This document shows, one piece after another, positions 1 to 11,550 of a stretch of DNA of 64,000 bases. Made by a program: the position numbers and the translations under genes. The stretch comes from Lama guanicoe (lineage: Eukaryota), in NCBI GenBank assembly GCA_013239625.1, contig MU054466.1, positions 2,319,770 through 2,383,769 on the forward strand, given 5' to 3'. The notes beneath the pieces are model-generated. The model ran no database searches and had not been told where the DNA came from. It saw only the letters and a list, made by a program, of their open reading frames with translations. Numbering within the stretch: the first letter of the stretch is position 1; each line of letters begins with the position of its first letter.

Positions 1-1849
1 CAGGCAGGGCCAAACTGTCCCCCTGACCTCATGTGTCTCTCTGGAGGGCCCTGCCCTCACCCCAGAGAGGGGTCCCTCCCTGTTCTGCTTCTGAGCAGGC
101 CTGGCCTTCAGCCCCCAGCCCTGACTGCCTTGTTGGTGCCAGTGGCCACAGCCACTGAGCCGGGTAAGGGCAGCCACCTGCCCCCTGCTAGCCCGTTGGA
201 TCCATGCTCACAAGAACAACCTGGATAAAGGGGCCGACAGGGTAGAGCAGCTGGGCTGGGCTGTGAAGACGCAGAGGAACCCGAGGAGAGAAAGGAGACA
301 GAGAGAGGCAAGTGGTTGGGATGAGCCGTTCAGGGGCGTGAGAGGAGCAAGAGGGATCAGGGCTCTCCAGACTCCGGATGTCCACAGGGTTCCCGGCCTT
401 CCCGCATCCTCTGAAGAAAGCCCGCCTTCATCAGCCTGTCTCGTCTGGGCATCTGTTCCCCACAACCTAGAGATCCAGACGGGGTTACCCTGAGAATACC
501 TGTCCCCAGGCAGGAAGACTGATCCTCACTGCCTCCAGGCGGAGGGAATCGCCCTCTCTCATCCGTCTCCCTTCCCGTTGGCTGGGGCCCCTTGACGCTC
601 ACTCCTGAGAGTCCTGCCTAGAACCGGGCACCTTCACCAGCCCTGGTGTCCGAGGGGCGGGCTTTCAGGGCAGAAGGACCTTCCAGAGCATGACCAGAAG
701 TCACTGGGCAACCACGGTTCGGTGACACCTACAAAGCGTGCTGACTGGGCGTGTCCATGGTGCCCGGGGTCTGGTAAATTTGGAGCCTGGCAGATTAGGG
801 TTTGAATCCTGGCCCCAGCAGCCTCCTAGCTGTGCCACCTGCTTCGTTTCTTGGCCCTTTTGTCGCCAATGTCATCTGGGACCTGCCATGTGCTGGCACC
901 TAGGAGCCACCCTGGATGGTTCCACGAGTAGGACCCTATCTTCCAAACGAGGAAGCCATGAGAGAGATTGTGACATCAGGGACAAGTCATACAGCTGGTG
1001 ACAGGGGGTTAACCCGGTGGGTCCAATCCTGGGGAGCTGGTTTTGCCCAAAGAGAAGAAAAAAGTCTTGTGAGAAACCCTCATAAAATGCAGTGAACATG
1101 CTTCTCTACGCAGAGGAAGAGAAGGTAGACCTTCGACAAAACTTCTTCCCGTGTTTACAGAGGAGCTACGACGTCTGGGATCTGCTTCAAAATCATCCAC
1201 TGGGGCGCGTGGTTATGAAACGAAACTGGATGAGCTGATCGTTTCCAAGCTGGGCATTGGCCCGCGGGCGAACATTACACCGTCCCCTGTCCTTGTGGTT
1301 ACTTTGGAAGTTTTCATAATGAAAAGTTTCTTTTAAACGTAGCACGTAGGAACTCGGCCAGAGTTGAGAAGCCATCCGCAGAGGATGTCAAGGTGCAGAC
1401 GGTGGGCGCCCACAGCCCAGAGCCCCTCCCCGGCCCTGCAGACCATGCTCCCTCCCCGCCGTCTCCCTGTTGACTCCCATGTGGTCCAAGAACCTCAGCT
1501 CTGAGTAATGAATGCACCCCTCGGCGGGACATGTGTTTCCAATCATTCTGCTCAGCAGTGAGTCACCACTGACAGCTGCTGCCTGTCTCAGCTCCCACCC
1601 CTCACCTCCGGATCCGCCATGTCGCCGGCCTGGCCCTGCCCCCACTCTGCGCTCAGCCGGCAGGACCCTCCTGGACCTCCTGGACTCTCCTGCCTCTAGG
1701 CCCTCACGCCGGCCGGTCCTTCCACCTAGAGCAGGGCTCTGCCTTTATCCGAATAACTCTGACCGACCGTCAGGTGTCATGTATCCCAGGCCACCCGGAC
1801 CTCGCCGGTGCCCTGGCGCCTCTGTCCAGCACCCGACATGCCTCGCCAT

Positions 1850-1992
1850 CATCTCTGTCTGTATTTTCACTAAAGGGGGGGGTCATGCTGTAGTAAGGAA
1901 GAGGCCACTTTTGGTCCATCCATACCCCCGGCACCGGCACGTGCCTGGTGCTCAGTTGGAGCCAATATGAATGCATTGAATGAATGAATGAG
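1850..1992 (+). mobile_element. L2 3' end
   Basis: gcacgtgcctggtgctcagttggagccaatatgaatgcattgaatgaatgaatga, the typical L2 (TGAA)n tail. Confidence 0.6.
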
Positions 1993-4845
1993 CGATAAAT
2001 TTAAGAAGTAGTTAGTCATGGGGAAGGCAGGCGTGAAGACAAGCGACTCGTGAGAGAAAACGCAAGGAGTTTGGGGAGTCCAGGTAATGGGCCGCCTCCG
2101 TCTTTGCCCCTCTCTAGGGTGACGGCTCTCCACACAACCCCAGCTGGGCAACCCCGTGGGAGGAAAATCACGTGCCACCTTGGGCTAGCATGGGGAGGCG
2201 GGATCTGAGGCCACCTCCAGGCTTGGTGGGGCAGGTGGAGAGCGATGTGTCAGGTGGGGGACTGGTGAGGGGCACTCTATGGGGAATATGGGACCCAGAG
2301 TACCTCCACATCTGCAGGAAGGCCAGCACGCTGGGGTGCCAAGAGGCGCAGCCCACCCAGACCCCGCTGCTCTCCTGGTGGGCAACCGAGCAACGTGGCC
2401 CTGCAGCTGCTGGCCTTCTCCCAGGGCCAGGGACCGCCGGGGCAGACACAGCGCTGTGCGGAAGGGGGAGGGAAGCAGCGGGACTCAGGGCAGGACTGCG
2501 CAGGCGATCTCGCTTCTATCCGGGGCTGGGCAGGCCCAGAGAGACGCGGGTCCCAGGGAGCGAGCCACGGCCTTTGGGCCCCTCTCCCCCGTGCAGCTGG
2601 GCCGCCGTCTCCTAGCTGAGGAGAGGGTGTGCGTGCCAATACAGAGCGAACGAGCCAGACCCCAAACTCCAGAAACCAGCTGGAAAGGGCGGTGAGGACC
2701 TGATGAATCACTTTCCAGGGAGCCGGGCTTCTCCTTGCCTTTCCCCCAGCTCTGTATGTCGCCTTCTGACGTCTGCTGGTGACCAGAGCCACCCACACCC
2801 TGCCCTCTGTCTTGTCTGGCAACTTGGCTCCCAGGTGAACGAGGGCCTTTAGGAATTCTGTCCCCTCGCCCTCACTCCGACTGCACTGGAGGGCGTCTAG
2901 GGGCTGGGACGCACTCCATGGGCTCCAAAGCTGGTCCCGGAGGGAGGGAGGCAGGCAGGTTGGAATCTGAAGGGGACAAGTACTGGCACTGGGATGGAAG
3001 GAGCTCGGAGCTGCTGCCCACAAGCTGACCTCACTGGGAACTTGAAGCATCCCCAGACTAGCGAGATGGGGGGTGGGGGGCAAAGGGGAGAGCAGGAGGA
3101 GGCGAGAAGGCAGGAACACAGAAAGAAAAATAGGACTGGGGAGAGAAAGGAGAGCGAGAGGAAATTCTTGGGCACCGTCCTAATCATAGCCTTGAAATGA
3201 AATTTACTGCTCACTCAGCATGGGACGCCAGCCAGCGCGGCCAAACCAGCCCCCCTTCTGTTTGGATTAGGCGATGACATCATGGCCGTGGGCCGTCACT
3301 CCCAACACCAAAGGAAGAGTAGGATGGCGGGTCGGGAAACCTGAGCCTCTTGCCTCTGGCTTCCAAGGAGGGGAACCTGAAACCAGGAAAACTCAGCCCA
3401 ACCGTCTCCTGCTGAGCGGGGCAGCCGGTTCCCCAGCTGTCCGGCCCCTCGCTCCTGGCCAGCCCGCAGCCCCCAGAACGCCAGCTGAGGCTGCCGCCTG
3501 GAGAAAGCCAGGGATGGAGGAGCAGTGGGTCCCATCTCTGCTCGCTGGCCCTGCTCCCTAACCCGCCCTTGAGAGGAAGCACATGACCGCATGCCCAGAG
3601 CCAGAAGGAAATGGCTTGGGCATGAGAAAAAGCAGAGCAGTGCCCCAAAGAGAGCCACTGCTCAGAGTCCCTCTTATTTCTCTGTTTTTCATGGAAATGA
3701 AGCCTACGGGGGGTGGGGTGGGGCTCCGCGGAGAGCCCTAGTTCCAGGAGAGGTGGGAGGCAGACAGGTGGGGACCTGGAGGTGGAGGGGAGGGCAGAGC
3801 TGGGTGTGTGGACCGCTGGGACTCCCGGGCCCCAGACTGTGCAGGAGCGGCTCCCTGACCCTCCTCGCTCCTGAAACGAGGGCCGGGCTCTCCCTGAGCC
3901 CGCCCCTGCAGGACTGGAGACCCTCCTGAGTCACAGGGAGGCAGAACGTGGCCACCGGGAGGAGAGGCAGTGTCTTCTCAGAGTCCATGCGCGGTGAGGT
4001 CCGAAAAGGCTTTCTGGTCCAGGGGTGAAACCACAGCTGGGCCAGAGCCACCTCCCTGGAGGAAGTGTTTATGCCCCGCCGTCGTCCAGGCAGTCTGCTC
4101 CGCATAGTTCAGATGCGGCCATCTCTTCGAGCCAAAGACTTCATGGGCTTCCTGTACACCCGCAGGACAGCCCCTCTCCCTCCCTCCTTCCTTTCTGGAA
4201 TCACTCTAGACTGGAGCAGAGCAACACGGGTGGCGTTGGGGCTGTTGCCCGGTCTGTGACGGCAGTGCTCTGCATCGTGTGGAGCAGCAGTTGAGATGCA
4301 GGCAGGTTTGCAAGGTGCACACCCTGGCTCAAGGCTGCCTTTACCCGGGGTGGGGGGTGGGGTGCCTGCCTGGGAAGGCAGGAAGGCTGGCTGACAGGTG
4401 CAGAGGCAGGGAGGGAAGGAGCGAGGCCAGGTCCAGCCATCTTAAAGGTGCTCTATGGGATGGCATAAACGACAGCCACGGACACAGCCAGAGAATCTCC
4501 GATGGGAGGCGCAAGCCAGGAGCGCTGTGGGTGACTGCAGGTGCGTTTAGAGTACACGCCTGGAGGAGCTGTGGGGAGGACCGGCTGTAGCAGGGCTGCA
4601 CAGAGAGATAGCCCTGATTCGGCCCCAGGCGCTGTCTGTTTGAGGATCAGACCGTCATCTGAAGTCTGCTTTCCCTGCACAAGGAGCAGGATATGACATC
4701 CGTCCTTTTACCTAAGTTCCTGCCACCCGGAGACCCGCCACTAACTTTTTGGTGAAACCTTGTTTGCACATCCATCTCCCATTATGAATATGTTTAGTTT
4801 CCCATAAATGAAATGTCATGCATGCTGTTTGCTCATGGACACTTT

Positions 4846-4960
4846 CGTGGGGGCGAGATAATTAGATTTATTTATTTGTTAATGGAAGTGCTGGGGATTG
4901 AACTCAGGACCTCATGCATGCTAAGCACATGCTCTACCACTGAGCTCTACCCTCCCCTCT
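4846..4960 (-). mobile_element. tRNA-Ala-derived SINE (camelid vic-1-like)
   Basis: The reverse complement reads GGGAGGGTAGAGCTCAGTGGTAGAGCATGTGCTTAGCATGCATGAGGTCCTGAGTTCAATCCCCAGCACTTCCA plus an A-rich tail, with A and B boxes. TSD gctcatggacacttt (4831-4845) / gctcatggaaacttt (4961-4975). Confidence 0.85.
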
Positions 4961-5169
4961 GCTCATGGAAACTTTTTTTAAAAACATCTTTTTACTATTT
5001 CTTTCCTCCTCTCTCTCCGCTGAGAACCAGCGTGGACATCCCACAACCTGTTCTCCGGGGACCACACGGGAACAGCATCCTCTATGTACATCACCGTCTG
5101 CTCTGCAGAAACAGAACCTGGTCTCCGCACAGGGTCTCAAGACCAAGGATTTGTATCAGTTTTCCTAGG

Positions 5170-5378
5170 CAGGGGTTATCAATAGGGAGGTTGTGCTGCC
5201 CAGGGCACATTAGGCAATGTCTGAGGACAGTGTGGTTGTCACAACAAGGTGGGGGGTGCTATTGGCATCTCGAGGGTGGAGGCCAGGAATGTTGCTCAGC
5301 CTCCCCACCATGCACAGGATGGCCCTACCAGAGAAAGATCTGGCCCCGAGGTCAGCAGTGTTGAGGCTAAGAAGCCAG
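5170..5378 (+). mobile_element. MER20 (hAT-Charlie) DNA transposon
   Basis: ggcaatgtctgaggaca...ggttgtcacaac...gtgctattggcatct..gggtggaggccaggaatgttgct...atgcacagga matches the MER20 consensus. Confidence 0.8.
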
Positions 5379-8300
5379 CCCCGGCTGAAGAGGATTAATA
5401 ATGAAATAAGTGAAATGAAACGAAAAGCTAAACATCCTTTAGTGTGTCCATGGCTGAGCAAGAAGATGCTCACACTGACTGCAGTGACCTGCGGCCCATC
5501 TTCATGCCAAACATGGCCCACTCGTTCTTACTCCGCCTCTTGTCGTCTTCGGGATGTCCTGCAGTGAACCCCCGCCACGGAACCTTGGGGACGGATGTCT
5601 GGGCTGGGCGGCACCGCCCGCCGCTGTAGCCATGAATCTGATGCCCATTTCTCTCTGAGGGCTGAGCATCAAAACCCCAGGCACATGGGCACATCCCCCA
5701 CTTCCTCAAAGGGCCCCAGAACTGCCCAAGACACTCCCCCTCCTTCAGGGCCAGATTCCTGAGCCTGTGGGGCCAATTTTAATGCCTGGACATATCGTGG
5801 AGCATCTGGTTCTTTGGAAGCTGGGGAAAGCAGGGTAGCAGCTTCCGCCCCACTCCGGCTGCCTCCAAGGAAAGAATACTCCGTGATCAGGAGGAGAGGG
5901 CTCTTCTCCAAAATGGGAGAGTGCATCTAGTGAGAAGGGGCACTTCCAACGTGTGCCCCGGTGCTGGGTGGACACACGTGGGTTCAGCGGGGCCTCCTGC
6001 CCGAGGCCAGCAAGGTCACTCTGATTCTGTTGACCTGAGAGGAGGGAGAAGGAGGCGGCAGGGCATGTCCTCCTGGCCTTGGACCGTGTTTACTCGGCCA
6101 AGCCCAGCCCAGGACGTATTTGCTGCGTGTGCTCCCGCATGGGTGGGACCGCCTGACAGCTCTGCTGGGCTTGGCCTTGAAAAAGTCTCTCTGGGAAGGA
6201 GGCAGGGGCAAGGTGACTGGTCCTGGTGGGAAGTAGTGGCCCCGGAAGTGTGCTCTGAGGGTCCTGGAGGCCCCCTCCCCAGCTAGCCTGGCAGATGCTA
6301 CCCCCTCCTGCCGACCCTGAGTCCTGCCGGGAGCCACAGATACAAACCGCGGTCCGGCAGGCTGTGGTCAGAATGCACGTGGGGGCCGGGCCAGGGTCTC
6401 CTGTAGGGGCCTCTGTTGGCCCACCCCTAATTTCAAGGTAGGGGAGGCCAGTGAGGAGAGAAGCCTGCGGGGGCGGGGTCCTCCTTCTTCCTTTCCTCTC
6501 TTGCCTGGCTGTGGGGCATCCTGACCCCGACCTCCTCCTCGGGGCGGAGGTCAGAGCTGCAACCTGAACTGTCCTGCGTTATTGATGCTCTTGGTGGTGG
6601 AGCAGGGGCGTGTGAAAGCGCATCTGTTGACACTGGAGCCAGAGCCTAATCTGTTTCCTCTCTTGAGAAGATTCCTTACCTGAGGCCCCAGTGCCTTTGC
6701 TTTTGAGGTGGGAAACTGCTAAGTAGGAGCACAGGCAGAGGGTGACTGGGAGGAATGGAGACGCCGGGGGAATGAGGCTGGGCGCCCAGGAGCCAAGGCC
6801 ATCACAGGCACCAGATGGCTGGCCGGCCAGGGTGGGGTGAGCTTTCAGGGGGCCGCTCTGTCCCTTTACCTGCTGTGCCATCATGAGAGTCATTTAACAT
6901 TCAGCGTCTGAGAGCACCCACCACATGCACCAGATTTTAGAGCCTTTGGGCAGCCAGGCCCAGCAACCCACTAGGAAGGGAATTTTATTACCAACGTGTG
7001 GATGGAGAGGCAAAACGTTTGGCGAGGCCAGCGAGGTAGCTGGGCGGCGGCGTCTCTTAGTCACACGCGAGCCCCCTGCCCCTCCGCCCCCATCCTGCCC
7101 GGCCTGGCACAGAGCCCCATCCTTCCAGAGGGGCCTGCTTTGCCCCTCTGCTTCAAACCCTCCGAAAGCTCTGACCTCAGAGTAAGTTATGGTCCCCTCC
7201 AAGCCCCTCTGAATTTCCCCCTGAGTCGTCTCCCCTCGTCTCTCCTCATTCACCACCTCAGGGGGCTTTGCACCCACCATTCCCAGGGCCCGTTGCCCAC
7301 TCTGCAGAGGCCTGAATGCCCTGCTCTTAGGACAGCGTCCACTGTCGATGCTCCAGTAAGCACAGTTGATGGGAGGAAGGAAGGAAGGCCAGCCCAGGCC
7401 CCGTATTTCCTGCCCTGGGTAGCGGGTGTGGACTCCACTTCCCTTGTGCACCACCGTCAACCTGCCTCTGCCATATTTCCTATCCTCTCTCATAATTGCT
7501 CATTTATGTATCGATCTTGCCTAAAAGGCCAAGAGCCCCTAGGTGATCTATTTCTTTCATACACTGACACATTGATTTTAGCTTCTGTCAGATTCAGCGG
7601 CATCTTGTTCCACATGGAACAACAAAGAACGAAAGGAAGGAAAAGGCTGTAGGTTTCCAACGTGCAACAACCTTCCGAATGGACTGTACTTAGCATCAAA
7701 CGTCATTTCACGGAGGACATGACTCTATTTTACAGCAACAAAGGCTGAAAAAGTGACTCTGGGTTTGTCAAGGTGCTAAAAATAACTGCTGTCTATTTAA
7801 CTTTTCTCCAAGTTGTCTGTTTCAAAGTGCAGATAAACAGAAAGAAGCCGTTTTTCCATTCCTTCAGTATTTTCCAGTTTCATATCTCAAGTCAGCACCA
7901 CACAGTTTAGCAGGCAATTATTCTTTAATTATGTCATTTTGTTTCTCGGTTTACAACTCCCCAGCTAGATTACAAACATCCTGTGGGCAAGAATGAGGCC
8001 CCATGTGATACAGTGCCCACCACAGAAGGGGCTCCGAGACAGGCAGACAGGGACCCAGCAGTCACACTGCCCCGGCAATCCACACCTCTAAGACTCTCCG
8101 CCTTCCTTGGAACACATAAGTGTTTTGGGAAAAGTCCTTCAGCTCCCACATTTGTGGCCTAAGGGAGGGACCTGTGAGCAGAGCCCAGAAACTGCCTTCA
8201 TCCAATCCTAGCGCCTCCTGGGCTCCTGGGCCCACCCCCGGGCTCTTGCTGGCTGGTCAAAAATATGGCCAGTTTATATAAAATCCTGTTTTGTTCATAG

Positions 8301-9040
8301 TAACCACTGTCCCCTCCCCCCTCCAACTCAACTGGTCAAGCACACTTAAAATTCTAAGGCCTCCCTTTGAAAAAGGAATCCTCGGTACGTTTCCCGAGGC
8401 CACCCAGCCAGAGAGTGCAGGGAGAGAAGCGGCAGGGAACGACCCCGTCTCCAAAGCGCACATCCTTTGGCTCAAGCGCCGGATAGAATCTAAGGGACCC
8501 CAGGAGTGGAAGGCAATCTGGCAGTGTACACCTCCCGGGCCAGGCTGGAAGGGAAGGGGTGGTGGGTGGGCCGCCTGGTGCCCTGGAGGGGTGGGCTTCG
8601 AGACCCAAGCGCTGAGTCAGGGTCCACTGGGCGCTGTCTGCGCCGTAGCGCCTACCCCTCGACCCACCGCCCAACATCTGGGGACCTGTGAGGCTGCGGG
8701 ATGAGGCCCCCCGGCGGTGGTAAGCCAGGTGCGCAGCGGAGGACCCTGGCCGTGCCAGGCTGGGCACAACAAAAGCCGGGCTTGGGGGAGGGCCGGCAGG
8801 CGCGGGAGGCGCGCGGGGAGCGGGCGCTGGGAGCTCCCGGAGCCGGCATTGGCGCCCGCCACCAGGGGGCGGAGCCGAACAGCCTCCGAGCGCAATAAAA
8901 GGCCGGCTCGGCCCGCGCCCGCGGCGCACGCATCCATAGAAGGCAGTGGAGCAGTCGGCACCCGGGCCGCGGCGCGATCGCTCGCTCGCTCGCCCGCCGC
9001 CCCCCGCCCCCCGCCCGCTGTCGTCTCCGCGCCGCCAGCC

Positions 9041-9140
9041 NNNNNNNNNNNNNNNNNNNNNNNNNNNNNNNNNNNNNNNNNNNNNNNNNNNNNNNNNNNN
9101 NNNNNNNNNNNNNNNNNNNNNNNNNNNNNNNNNNNNNNNN
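9041..9140. other. Assembly gap (100 N) in TIMP2 5'UTR
   Basis: Run of exactly 100 N ending immediately before the ATG. Confidence 0.99.
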
Positions 9141-9270
9141 ATGGGCGCCGCGGCCCGTAGCCTGCGGCTCGCGCTCGGCCTCCTGCTGCTGGGGACGCTG
9201 CTCCGCCCGGCCGACGCCTGCAGCTGCTCCCCGGTGCACCCGCAACAGGCATTTTGCAATGCAGACGTAG
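9141..9270 (+). CDS. TIMP2: TIMP2 coding exon 1 (signal peptide + mature N-terminus [17 protein letters not shown])
   Basis: [26 protein letters not shown]|[17 protein letters not shown]; donor G|GTAAGG at 9271, phase 1. Confidence 0.98.
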
Positions 9271-11143
9271 GTAAGGACGGCGACCCCGCCCCGGCCCGCT
9301 GCTCACCTCCCCCGCGGGGCGCGCGGGACCCCCAAGGTTTCGCCGGTGCCCCGCCCGCCCGCATCTTGCAGAGGGACCCAGCGCCCGCCTCCCAAGCGTC
9401 GGTGCCTTCTAGAATCCTGCAAGTTGACGCCAAAATCGTACTTTCTTTTCCCTCTTCCTTCTCTCCCTTTCTTTCCTCGCTGCCGAGATGCTTCTCAACC
9501 TCAAAATTCCACCGAAATTCCGCTGCAGCTCCAGCCCCAGTAAAGGGAGCCAGGGAACGGATTGGGTTTTGGCAGGCAGAGGGCCCTGGGATGCCGGCGC
9601 CGGGGGCAGGGAGAGTGGGGGACACAGCGTGGGGGTGGGGAAGCCTCGGCCTTGGTGGGTGGAAGGATTGAGGACCCCAGGAAGAAACTTTCACAGGTGA
9701 GACGGCAGTTGGGCTGTTCTGGGCTTGGAACTGGGTAGGGAGGGGCTGCTCTACCTGGGCCTCTCCTTCAGCCCCGTGTAGGGTTCACCAGATTCCGCAG
9801 GGGCAGGATGGAAGCTTCCTTCCCCTGGGCAGGTTCCCCCTAGGCCCAGAGGGGCAGCAGAGCCCCAGGGCAAGCTCCTTGCTCCATGCCCTGCCCAGGA
9901 CGCATGGCACACAGGGACTGGCAGAGGGGTCCTTGAGTGGCGAGTGCTTTTTCAGGGCATCCACACAAACAGGGGATTTTGGTGACTGGAGGTTGCAGGT
10001 AGGGTTGTAAGACTGCGTAGAGTTCCCCCCAAAATATATATTAAACCCTCAGAACCCCCGAGGGAAGGAGGAGATGGTTATTTGTCCGGATCCATAGAGG
10101 GGCAGGGGACAGAAGTGGGGAGAAGGCAGCAGAAATGGGAGGAACCAGCTGGGCCCTGGAGGTTTCCATCCAGGTGTGACAGTTGCAGGCTTCTACTGCC
10201 GCAGTGACAGTGACTATGACTGACTGCCAGGTTTTCCTGGGGGTGGGTTCAGTTAAACCACTAGGACAGATGCACAGCAGGTGGGCCTCTGCAGCTTCCT
10301 CTGACTTCCCAGCAGGTTTTCTTTTCTGCCTGTAAGTCACAGCCAACCCATCACCCTGTCTCAGGCCAGGTATGCTGAGTCCCAGCTGCCCTCTCCTGTG
10401 TAAACTCAAAGCCTGGGTCTCTGGGTTTCCTCCGTGGCAGCCACGCCCCTCTGATCTCCTACGCTTGGCTCCTGGCCACAACCCAGCCTGGCGGGAGGCC
10501 TTCAGGTGCTCCTACCTGTGTGCACCCCGGAGCTCAGGCCACCTGTGCTCGGGGCGTGGTGTGTGCTCGCAGGGAGGTTGCCACAAAACCCCGAATCAGG
10601 GGTGGGGTGGAGGGGGACTAAGTTCTGTTCTCCCATTTGGCTTCGGCGCTCAGCAGGATTTAAAAGGGGAAGGAGAGGTTGCTTCCCATGGGGGAGCCAG
10701 AATGGGCCCGCCCACAGGTGTCTCCTGGAAGTCCAGGCCTGTCTGGGTCCCACGCTGAGAGACTGTGCTTGTAGGGCAGAATCAGGCCCAGAAGGAATCC
10801 GTGGCTTAGAAGGCTCCCGGGCTTGGCTCACAGCAGAAAGGGGCTGGGCCTTGGGACCCCCTGACAGCCCTTGACTGCACAGAGAACGCCCAGCCAGCCA
10901 CACCCATCCTTGCCTGGCATCCGCGGGGCAGCACTGGGGCTGTTTTTGCTTTGGGTTTGGATCAAGGGCAGCAAAGGTCAGGTTCCGGGAGTGTCCGCAG
11001 GCCTCAAGGCTCCTCCTTGCTTCGTGCATTATCCTCTCTCCCCAGCTCCCTGGCACTTGTGCCCAAACCACCAAGATCATGTGGAGCCAGAACTTTTAAC
11101 CCCAGCCCAGCCCAGTCCAGGGGTCCCCCCTTGCAGAGTCCAG

Positions 11144-11550
11144 TGCACTAGATTCCCGTGGCTGCTGTAACAAGGGACCACGCGTTGGGGGGCTTAGAAC
11201 AGCAAGAATTGGTTCTCTCTCAGTTTAGGGGCCTAAAGTCCAAAATGAAGGTTCTGGCGGGGCAGATTCCTTCCGGAGGCTCTAGGAAAGAACTGCTCCA
11301 GGAGCCTCTTCAGGTCTCTTCCCACAGCTTATAGACACATGGCTCCAATCTCTGTCTTCACACGCCACCTTTTCTGTGACCTCTCTCTCCTCTTATAAGG
11401 ACACCAGTTCTTGGATTTAGGGTCCACCCAGTCTATGATGACCTCATCTTAACTTAATCGTATCTGCAAAGACCCTGTTTCCAAATAAGGCCACATTCCC
11501 AGCTTCTGGGTGGACATGAATTTTGGGGGGGATGCTCTGCAAGCCAGGCT
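11144..11550 (-). mobile_element. MLT1-type ERVL-MaLR solo LTR
   Basis: gctgctgtaacaa...cttataaggacaccagt..tggatttagggtccacc...gacctcatcttaacttaat..atctgcaaagaccctgtttccaaataaggccacattc...atgaattttgggggg. Confidence 0.82.

Larger units (their letters stand above)
8560..9400 (+). promoter_or_regulatory. TIMP2: TIMP2 CpG-island promoter / 5'UTR
   Basis: Very CpG/GC rich. AP-1 TGAGTCA 8613-8619, inverted CCAAT (ATTGG) 8848-8852, GC box GGGCGG 8867-8872, TATA-like AATAAAA 8894-8900. This matches the described architecture of the TIMP2 promoter; TSS expected ~8925-8935. Confidence 0.88.

Noticed and set aside
2172-3119. 147- and 280-aa ORFs upstream of TIMP2 as possible LGALS3BP or a novel gene
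   Set aside because: No SRCR/BTB/BACK features or any other recognisable motif; overlapping ORFs in several frames are typical of GC-rich non-coding DNA.
8354-9694. 446-aa minus-strand ORF (and other ORFs spanning the gap) antisense to TIMP2 exon 1
   Set aside because: It runs through the N gap and a GC-rich CpG island where stops are scarce; low-complexity Ala/Gly/Pro/Arg translation with no recognisable domain.
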